DNA from: Archaeoglobus sp. JdFR-22
GTDB lineage: Archaea; Halobacteriota; Archaeoglobi; Archaeoglobales; Archaeoglobaceae
Direction of reading: 5' to 3'
Assembly: GCA_002010045.1 (NCBI GenBank)
Contig: MTMJ01000022.1
Span: 18,832 to 82,831 of the forward strand
DNA length: 64,000 nucleotides
Shown: positions 38,000 through 45,615 of the stretch, piece after piece
Layout: the number at the start of each line of letters is the position of its first letter
How positions within the stretch are numbered: position 1 is the stretch's first letter
Notes under the pieces: model-generated
What the model was told of the DNA's origin: nothing
Database searches by the model: none
What the model saw: the letters and a program-made list of their open reading frames with translations, nothing else
Program-made: the position numbers and the translations under genes

Positions 38000-39385
38000 A
38001 TGATGGAATGGGATAGGTCAAAAGTTTACACAGAAGATAAATTAAGATTTCTCAAAGAGGATGAGACAATAATCGATTTAGCTTTAGTTATGCTAAAGAT
38101 ACTTTCAAAATACGAGTCAGAACAAAGTACTGGTGTAAAGGAAGAGAGGTATAAGAATATACACGCATGCTTAGAGACTCATTCAGATAAACTCGATGAG
38201 TTTGAAATGATGACAAAAGAACTGCATGGATATTTACAAAAAGCTAAAGAAAGTATCTACAGTAAGTCGTTGTATATCAATCAAGATACGAATATTGAGG
38301 AAGTTAAAAGCTATTTTATTAGAATTTTTAGAGAAATTGCACCATATATCAAAGAAGCGAGAAAAATTATTGAGAATTTGGAGGAATTAAATTCTGAATT
38401 ATTGTACTGCTTTTTTAACCATGAAACGTGGGGTTCGACTTGGTGTATCGAGTTATATATACCAAAAAAGATTTTACTTTCAAGCTCTGAAAAGGAGAGA
38501 CTTGAATTAGTCATAAATAGGATTCTTAACTTTAAGCTTTTTAATCAACCAAAGTTGATTGATTATGTAATATGGGATTATGGCAATGAGCTTTACTATA
38601 AATTGACGCCTGAAGAGTTCGACAATTACATCTTCAAAGATAAAGATTATTTTTCAATAAATTCAAAAATTTGTCATGAGATTTTCAATCATTTGAGAGA
38701 AGTCATAAAAAACCTGAGAGATGCTTGTAGAGTCGTTCTTCGGGAAATAGAAAGGTATAGAAGAGAAGTTGAAACATTTAGTGATGAAGTTTTTAAGAGA
38801 GTCCTAAACAATCTGATGGCTAAGCTAGAATCAAATGAGAACTACAATACAATTTTGCAAAAGAACATAATACTACGTAAAAAATGCATCACACTCATTA
38901 GACTTATTTACGATTACAAAAAAGAGGTAGAAGAAAGTAGATGGAAAGAAACAATGCATTTCAATGATGAGAATGATTTTAGGGATAATCTATTTAATTA
39001 CTTAAATCAGGTCAGAGGAGAAAAAATCTGGGTAATGAAGGAGACTCAAGTATCTCGTGGAAGAATTGATTTACTTATAAATAACGATATTGTTTTTGAG
39101 CTCAAACTCGAAAAAAATCCTGCTAAAATGAATAATTTCTCTGGTTTGTCTCAGATAAAAGAATACATGGCAAGTACCTCAAGTAAAATTGGGTTCTTTG
39201 TTATAATGGATATATCAAAGCAAACTAAGCCGTTAGCAAGCTTAGAAAACTACTTTAATGCGAAGGTTGAAAAAGGTGGTAGATGTGTATCTCATGAAGA
39301 AGACGAACATCCCATAGGTATTATAACTGTTCTAATCTTTGGCGGAGAGAGGGCAAGACCATCAGAATTGAGAGAATCGAGGTGA
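38000..39385 (+). CDS. uncharacterised 461-aa protein with C-terminal PD-(D/E)xK / RecB-like nuclease motifs
   Basis: GRIDLLINNDIVFELKLEK followed by SQIKEY (D...ELK...QxxxY). The helical N-terminal 320 aa has no recognisable family. The gene ends 4 nt before the methylase start. Confidence 0.5.
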   Translation: MMEWDRSKVYTEDKLRFLKEDETIIDLALVMLKILSKYESEQSTGVKEERYKNIHACLETHSDKLDEFEMMTKELHGYLQKAKESIYSKSLYINQDTNIEEVKSYFIRIFREIAPYIKEARKIIENLEELNSELLYCFFNHETWGSTWCIELYIPKKILLSSSEKERLELVINRILNFKLFNQPKLIDYVIWDYGNELYYKLTPEEFDNYIFKDKDYFSINSKICHEIFNHLREVIKNLRDACRVVLREIERYRREVETFSDEVFKRVLNNLMAKLESNENYNTILQKNIILRKKCITLIRLIYDYKKEVEESRWKETMHFNDENDFRDNLFNYLNQVRGEKIWVMKETQVSRGRIDLLINNDIVFELKLEKNPAKMNNFSGLSQIKEYMASTSSKIGFFVIMDISKQTKPLASLENYFNAKVEKGGRCVSHEEDEHPIGIITVLIFGGERARPSELRESR

Positions 39386-39389
39386 TAAA

Positions 39390-42161
39390 ATGAAGGAATT
39401 TCCAATCAAACGTTCATTCATAGAAGAAACTTTTCCCGTAAAAGAAGTAAGCGAGGAGTCAGCGAGAGAGAAGAACATAAGGCACGGACACATCTCAACT
39501 CTCCATATCTGGTGGGCGAGAAGACCTTTAGCCTCATCAAGAGCAACAGCCTATGCAGCTTTAATTCCTGTCCCGGATAGCATTGAGGAAATTGAAAAGA
39601 AGAAGAATTTCATCGCTGAGCTTTGCAAATGGGAGAACTCTTTAAATCCAGCATATATTGAGAAACCAAGGAAAGATATCAGGGATGCGTTAGGTTACAC
39701 GCCAAGAGTTTTAGACCCGTTTGCTGGTGGTGGTGCAATTCCCTTAGAAGCTCTAAGGCTTGGTTGTGAAACTTATGCTTCCGATTACAACCCTGTTGCT
39801 GTCCTGATTCTGAAGGCTGTTCTTGAATATCCTCAGAAATATGGAAAGCGAAGAGGGATTGAAGATTTTGGGAATAAAGAAGAGAGTAGAGAGAATTATG
39901 ACCTCGTAGCAGATGTGAAGAAGTGGGGAGAGTGGGTTTTGAATGAAGCTAAGAAGGAGATTGGAAGATTTTATCCCGCTGAGGAAGACGGCTCAATTCC
40001 AGTTGGCTATATCTGGGCAAGAACAATTCCATGCCAGAATCCTTCTTGCAATGCTGAGATTCCTCTGATGAGGCAGTTCTGGTTAGCAAAGAAGAGTAAC
40101 AAGAAAGTGGCGTTGTATCCTTATGTTGAGGGTAAAGAAGTGAAGTTTAAGGTGGTTGGAAATGGCTATGAAGAGATGCCCGATAACTTTGACCCCTCCA
40201 AAGGGACTGTTAAGGGTGCAATAGCAACCTGCTTGATTTGCGGTTCAACAGTAGATGCAAACACGACAAGAAGGTTGTTTCAGGAAGGTAAGGCTGGACA
40301 GAGAATGGTAGCTGTTGTTTTACATAACAAAAAGAAGAGAGGTAAGTTTTATCGGATTGCAGATGAGAATGATGTGGAAGTTTTCAAGCAGGCTGAGAAA
40401 TATTTGCAAAGAAAGGTTGAGGAGCTGAGAGAAAAATGGAATATTGAGCCGATTCCTGATGAGCCTTTACCTACCCCAGATATGCAAGGATTCAACAGTA
40501 AAGGTGATTTGTTTTGGAATTTTGCTCCAATTGTAGTTTATGGAATGAAAAAGTGGGGGGATTTGTTTAATTCAAGGCAGAAGCTTTCTTTAATCACTTT
40601 TGTGGATAAGGTCAGGGAAGCTTACTTCAGGATGGTTGAAGTTTACGATGAGGAGTATGCAAGAAGTGTTGTTACGTATTTGGGTTTGCTTTTTGATAAA
40701 GTTGTTAGTAAATCAAATTCCCTTGCAAGATGGAATAATATTCCCGAAAAAATTGAGTACATCTTTTCACGGCAAGCCATGTCTATGTTATGGGATTATG
40801 TTGAAAGTAATATTTTCGGGAAATCTGCTGGTAGTTGGCAAGAATATAAAGAATACACTTTGAAGATGATTGATAGTACCTCACAAAGCTCTATAAAGTC
40901 CGCAATACCAATTCAAGCATCAGCTACCGAACTCCCTTTCCCAAACAATTACTTCGATGCAGTTTTCACAGACCCACCATATTACGACAACGTACCTTAT
41001 TCAGACCTATCTGAATTCTTTTATGTATGGCTTAAAAGAACGATTGGTGAACATTATCCTGATTTATTTTCTACTCCTCTAACTCCAAAGTCAAAAGAAA
41101 TCATTGCAAGCTTACCCCTCCTAAGAGGGATGTCAAAAGATAAAGCAGAAAAATTGATTAAAACTACTAAACCTCAAAAATATTTCGAAAATATGCTCAA
41201 AAAATCATTTCAGGAAATCTACAGAATTTTAAAGCCCAACGGCATCGTAGTAATCGTCTACGCCCACAAAACAGCATCCGGCTGGGAAACGCTCATCAAC
41301 TCTTTACTTGACTCGGGCTTGGTCATAACAGCCTCATGGCCAATAAACACGGAGATGAAAGCAAGATTGAGAGCAAAAGAGTCAGCAGCATTGGCATCAT
41401 CAATCTACATTGTGGCAAGAAAAATGCAACGCAGTGAAACAGGCTGGTTCAACGAAGTAAAAGAAGAAATCAAAAATCATCTCTACAAAAAGCTTGAAAG
41501 ATTATGGAAAGAGGGAATAAGCGGTGCTGACTTCTTCATATCGGCAATAGGTTCAGCAATTGAAGTATTCGGGAAATATGAGAAAGTTATGGATTATGAA
41601 GGAAACATAATCAGGGCTGACAGATTGCTGGATTATGTGAGAGAGATTGTGATGGACTACACTGTGAGACAAATCCTCCACAACGGTATAGCTGCTGAAT
41701 TGAGCCCATTAACACGATTCTACATTCTATACAGGTGGAGTTACCAGAATGCAAAGGTTCACTTTGATGAAGCTCGCAAATTAGCTCAGAGTGTTGGTGT
41801 TGATTTGGAAAAGGAGTGGAATAAGGGATTCATTGAGAAGCAGAAGGAGTTTATCTATCTTTTAGCCCCCAATGAGAGGAAACTTGATGAACTGAAAAGT
41901 ACTGAACTGATAGACGTTCTGCACAAAGTTCTGCAGCTTTGGGAGAAAGGAAGAAGAGAAGAAATAACTGAGACACTGCAAGAGACTGGCTTCATGAGGG
42001 ACAGCTTTTTCAGGGTTGCTCAGGCAATTTCTGAGTGCTTATCCATCGATAGCAAGGAGAAGAAGTTACTGGATGGATTTCTGACGGGGAAGGAGAAGAT
42101 GATTAGTGAGGCGAGGGCGAAGGATACGAAGCTTATGGATTTTATTGGTGATGAGGAATGA
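39390..42161 (+). CDS. DUF1156/COG1743-type Zn-ribbon DNA methyltransferase (N6-A or N4-C class)
   Basis: 923 aa; STLHIWWARRPL, DPFAGGGAIPLEA (SAM motif I), CQNPSC...CLICGS zinc ribbon, FTDPPYYDN (motif IV). Confidence 0.85.
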   Translation: MKEFPIKRSFIEETFPVKEVSEESAREKNIRHGHISTLHIWWARRPLASSRATAYAALIPVPDSIEEIEKKKNFIAELCKWENSLNPAYIEKPRKDIRDALGYTPRVLDPFAGGGAIPLEALRLGCETYASDYNPVAVLILKAVLEYPQKYGKRRGIEDFGNKEESRENYDLVADVKKWGEWVLNEAKKEIGRFYPAEEDGSIPVGYIWARTIPCQNPSCNAEIPLMRQFWLAKKSNKKVALYPYVEGKEVKFKVVGNGYEEMPDNFDPSKGTVKGAIATCLICGSTVDANTTRRLFQEGKAGQRMVAVVLHNKKKRGKFYRIADENDVEVFKQAEKYLQRKVEELREKWNIEPIPDEPLPTPDMQGFNSKGDLFWNFAPIVVYGMKKWGDLFNSRQKLSLITFVDKVREAYFRMVEVYDEEYARSVVTYLGLLFDKVVSKSNSLARWNNIPEKIEYIFSRQAMSMLWDYVESNIFGKSAGSWQEYKEYTLKMIDSTSQSSIKSAIPIQASATELPFPNNYFDAVFTDPPYYDNVPYSDLSEFFYVWLKRTIGEHYPDLFSTPLTPKSKEIIASLPLLRGMSKDKAEKLIKTTKPQKYFENMLKKSFQEIYRILKPNGIVVIVYAHKTASGWETLINSLLDSGLVITASWPINTEMKARLRAKESAALASSIYIVARKMQRSETGWFNEVKEEIKNHLYKKLERLWKEGISGADFFISAIGSAIEVFGKYEKVMDYEGNIIRADRLLDYVREIVMDYTVRQILHNGIAAELSPLTRFYILYRWSYQNAKVHFDEARKLAQSVGVDLEKEWNKGFIEKQKEFIYLLAPNERKLDELKSTELIDVLHKVLQLWEKGRREEITETLQETGFMRDSFFRVAQAISECLSIDSKEKKLLDGFLTGKEKMISEARAKDTKLMDFIGDEE

Positions 42162-43196
42162 GAATAGTTGTGCCAGATGTGGGGCATGGAAATTGTGTGA
42201 GTATTTTCAATGATGAGGCATCACTAATAGTAGATTGTGGTGCCGAAAACAATGATAAGGTTGAGAGTTTCTTTAATTTTGTTGAACTAAAGCTAAAAAA
42301 TTCGAAGAAAAGAGAACTGATTATAACGCATTACCATTTTGACCACTATAACCTTTTAAGCAAATTACCTCCAAGTTATTTTGAGAGAGTTTACTTACCT
42401 AAATTACCCCTGAAAGAGAGACGTCAGAGGCAATACGTGAATTTTTGGCTTTATCTATTGTTACAAGGTTCAAGAACTATCCCTTAATTCCTGAAATCTG
42501 GAGAGTTGCAAAAATAATTGTGCCTTAGCTAAGGGTGATAATTTAAGCACTATAAACAGAGAATGGGAAGTTTTATGGCCAGATTACAGTGCTATTGATA
42601 GAAAAAACAAAAGACGCATTAAGAACCTTCGAAAGGAGATTGAAGAAATAAAAGGGATGTTAGATGAGAAGTCTCTGGAAGAATTTGAGTATTGGTATGA
42701 AAAACTTAGCCATGATAATGAGAATTTCGAGTTTGGAGGTTGGATTAAATCCGTAAACGAGAATCAAACAGATCCAAGAATTATAGAATCGTTGGGGAAA
42801 TTAGAAAGAATATTTAGGCCTTTAGCCAACAGAGCATCACTTGTTACAAGAGAGATCCAAGGCGAATTTCTCTTTACAGGAGATGTAGATGGAACTGTGC
42901 TAAATAAACATCTCAATTTTAGTGATCTTGAGTATTTCTTAGTGGAGGCGCCTCACCATGGAGGATTTTATGGCGAGGTTTTCAATAACGTAGAAACAGA
43001 GATATTAGTAATTTCAAGAAAATCTACTTACCGACCAAGAGCAGAATTTTTCCGTGATGTAATTTGGAGAATTCTAATGGATGCTGGAAAACTCGGAACC
43101 TGTATTTTAGAGAAAGGAGTGAAAAAGGGGCGAATCCACGCGATAAACATGAGGAGTGATAAAGCATTTGCCTACTTCTTAATATACTTAATTTAA
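42158..43196 (+). pseudogene. metallo-beta-lactamase-fold hydrolase, disrupted by at least two frameshifts
   Basis: The N-terminal piece has THYHFDHY (HxHxDH) and the C-terminal piece has EAPHHGG. Between 42415 and 42540 the reading shifts through three frames (...YLPKLP / ERETSEAIREFLALSIVTRFKNYPLIPEIWRVAK / NCALAKGDNLSTINREWEVLWP...). The start overlaps the methylase stop (ATGA). Confidence 0.65.
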
Positions 43197-43246
43197 GATC
43201 TCAGTACTCAACATGAGAAAACACAAGATAAGGCATACAGTAGTAG

Positions 43247-44404
43247 TTAGCTCAAAAAGTAATCCAGAGTCCAGTTCAGCGTCTTTCTTGCAGCTTCAAC
43301 TTTTTTAATTTCCTCAGCAACATATCTTTTTCCTGAAACGTAATCCATAACGTTATCGTTCTCAATTTGTTCTCTCAAAATCATTGTTTCTATTGCTATT
43401 TGCTCAGAATTAAGTAGTAGTTGAGCTTTAATCTTCTTGTCGATGGATTCGGTAAAAACGCTCATTGGGATGGAAGAATCTTTAGGATATATCCTTTTTA
43501 GCTCCTTTTGCCCTTCAACTCTGAAATAGCCATAAGTCGCTCTGCTAAATAACCTGAACAAGTTTTTAGCCCTCTCTCGAATTCTTGCCCAGTACTCATC
43601 ATCATTTTTCGGACCTCTAGGACGGATATGTCTGTTACCAAGGCTGTCAACACCAAAACCGTAGGAAAGAATGTCTTTAGCTGGTATTACAGGCTCGTTT
43701 CTTAAAAGTCTTCCCATATTGACATTGAAAGCATGAACGAAAGGAGTAACCTCTTCTTTATAAATTATACGTTGTATCTGTTGCAAGTTCTGAATAAGAC
43801 TTGTAGGCGTCCTTCCCCCAAAATCTATACAGAATGATTGCACTCCTCTGCTAAGATAAAATTCAATGAGTGGTTTTATGAATTCAAATGGTATGTCAAA
43901 TTGAATACATCCCATGACAGGCTTATCACCGAAGGATTCCGCCTTTTCCACAAAATTACTCAGAAATTCCATATGCTTTTCAAAAGCAGCATAATCAGCA
44001 TTCTTTAATTCCTGAAAAGCTGGTACAACAATAAAGTCTGAATACGATTTTTCAGTGGCAATCAGGAATTCCAGCTCAGTATCGGATGGTTTCTCATCTT
44101 TGTAGCTTGCAAGAAAAATATTCACATCCTTTTTATTTGATTTCTTGATTAAACTATTAAACCAATAATTTAATTCTCTTTGAGCTCCATTGTTTTTTAT
44201 TAAATCGCTAAGGTAACCTTTATCGAAGGTTTTGTATATTTCATTTACCTTGGGCTCAGTGTACCTTAGGCTCACCTTAGGCAAAAACTTTGAAAGATCA
44301 AAGGCTTTCACAGGAGTTTTTACTCTCTTTTTACCAACTTTCAATTCGCCAAATCTGAAGAAACTCCTTTTATCAAATGCAATCAGGTTATATTGTGCTT
44401 CCAC
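43247..44404 (-). CDS. uncharacterised 385-aa protein (alpha/beta-barrel-like; weak TGT/DpdA-like motif pattern)
   Basis: Long clean ORF on the opposite strand. Motifs GELKVGKKRVKTPVKAF, CIDFGGRTP, VHAFNVNMG and GFGVDSLGN occur in an order and spacing reminiscent of tRNA-guanine transglycosylase barrels. No Zn motif. Confidence 0.45.
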   Translation of the reverse strand: MEAQYNLIAFDKRSFFRFGELKVGKKRVKTPVKAFDLSKFLPKVSLRYTEPKVNEIYKTFDKGYLSDLIKNNGAQRELNYWFNSLIKKSNKKDVNIFLASYKDEKPSDTELEFLIATEKSYSDFIVVPAFQELKNADYAAFEKHMEFLSNFVEKAESFGDKPVMGCIQFDIPFEFIKPLIEFYLSRGVQSFCIDFGGRTPTSLIQNLQQIQRIIYKEEVTPFVHAFNVNMGRLLRNEPVIPAKDILSYGFGVDSLGNRHIRPRGPKNDDEYWARIRERAKNLFRLFSRATYGYFRVEGQKELKRIYPKDSSIPMSVFTESIDKKIKAQLLLNSEQIAIETMILREQIENDNVMDYVSGKRYVAEEIKKVEAARKTLNWTLDYFLS

Positions 44405-44454
44405 AAAAAAATTATTAAAAAACTTTTTTATAATTGTTTTGGTGATGCAGAAAT

Positions 44455-45060
44455 ATGGAAATTAACGCAGACAAAATCAAAATGAAATTAAGAGAGATTG
44501 ATCCAATCAAAGCTTATATTTTGCTCCTTCTGAGAGAAAAAAATTTTGAAGCCGTGAAGGGTAAGCTATGGTTACAGAAAGAGATGTTTATTATACTTTC
44601 AAATTTAGATAAACTCAAAAACTTCTTGGATTTTGAACCGTACTTCTTTGGACCTCACAGCGAAAGTGTTGATGTAGCACTTGAGCAGTTAGAAAAATCT
44701 GGCCTTGTGAGATTTGAGGGAAACAAGATTTCGCTTACTCACGAGGGGGAGGGGCTTGCAAATGTCCTCGCAAGTAAGGCAAGCAGTGAAAACATTGAGC
44801 TTGTAAGGGAAATCAAAGAGCTATTGAATGACTTATCAAAAGATGAACTGCTGGCATTTGTATATTTCACTTTTCCAGAAATGACCAAAGAATCTTTAGA
44901 AATCGAAAATATCAAGAGGAGAAGAAAGAAGCTTGCACTAAAACTCTACAGAAAAGGAAAGATAAGCCTTGCTAAAGCAGCCGAAATTTCTGGATTGAGT
45001 ATAGAAGAATTTATGAGTATATTAAGAAAAGAGCAGATTGGAGTCCAGATAAATCCATAG
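44455..45060 (+). CDS. antitoxin-like protein: wHTH/Panacea-like N-terminal domain fused to UPF0175 C-terminal HTH
   Basis: 201 aa; the C-terminal KLYRKGKISLAKAAEISGLSIEEFMSILRKEQI is typical of UPF0175; the N-terminal KGKLWLQKEMFIIL...FGPHSESV is reminiscent of SocA/DUF4065. Confidence 0.5.
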   Translation: MEINADKIKMKLREIDPIKAYILLLLREKNFEAVKGKLWLQKEMFIILSNLDKLKNFLDFEPYFFGPHSESVDVALEQLEKSGLVRFEGNKISLTHEGEGLANVLASKASSENIELVREIKELLNDLSKDELLAFVYFTFPEMTKESLEIENIKRRRKKLALKLYRKGKISLAKAAEISGLSIEEFMSILRKEQIGVQINP

Positions 45061-45068
45061 GTGATGTA

Positions 45069-45542
45069 TTGAAGGCTATTCTAGATTCATCAGTACTAAT
45101 AGCCTTTTTTACGGAACTTAAAGACCCTAAATATTTGCTATCACTGACTTATTTTGGTTATGAACTCCATATACCAAATGGTGTCGCTATTGAACTAAAA
45201 AGAGGGATTACATTCCAGCAGTTATCACCATATCTGAGCAATTTTAATCAACTATCAGAAGTTGACCAAATTGATTTGTATCCTTTTAAAAAAAGATTTC
45301 CTTACTTAGCACAGGGAGAACTCGAAGTTCTCTTCTGGGGACTAAGGTTTAAAAGGGGCAAAGAGCAATACATATGCGTGCTTGATGATAAAAAAGCAAG
45401 AAACGCAGCCGAAAAACTTCGGTTAAATTACACTGGAACTATAGGCATTTTGAATCTTCTCGAAGAATTGGACTTCTTAGCTTCCAGAGAGAGAAAAAGC
45501 ATTATTGAGGAACTCAGAAAAGCAGGTTTCAGAGTGCCATAG
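45069..45542 (+). CDS. DUF3368-type PIN-like toxin
   Basis: 157 aa; ILDSSVLIAF, QGELEVL, VLDDKKARNAAEKL, GTIGILN; TTG start 9 nt after the upstream stop. Confidence 0.65.
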   Translation: MKAILDSSVLIAFFTELKDPKYLLSLTYFGYELHIPNGVAIELKRGITFQQLSPYLSNFNQLSEVDQIDLYPFKKRFPYLAQGELEVLFWGLRFKRGKEQYICVLDDKKARNAAEKLRLNYTGTIGILNLLEELDFLASRERKSIIEELRKAGFRVP

Positions 45543-45615
45543 AGATTCAAATAACAGTAGCACTAAGAAAAGTTTTTCTAAGAATTTATATACTACTATA
45601 TAAAAACAAAGTAAA

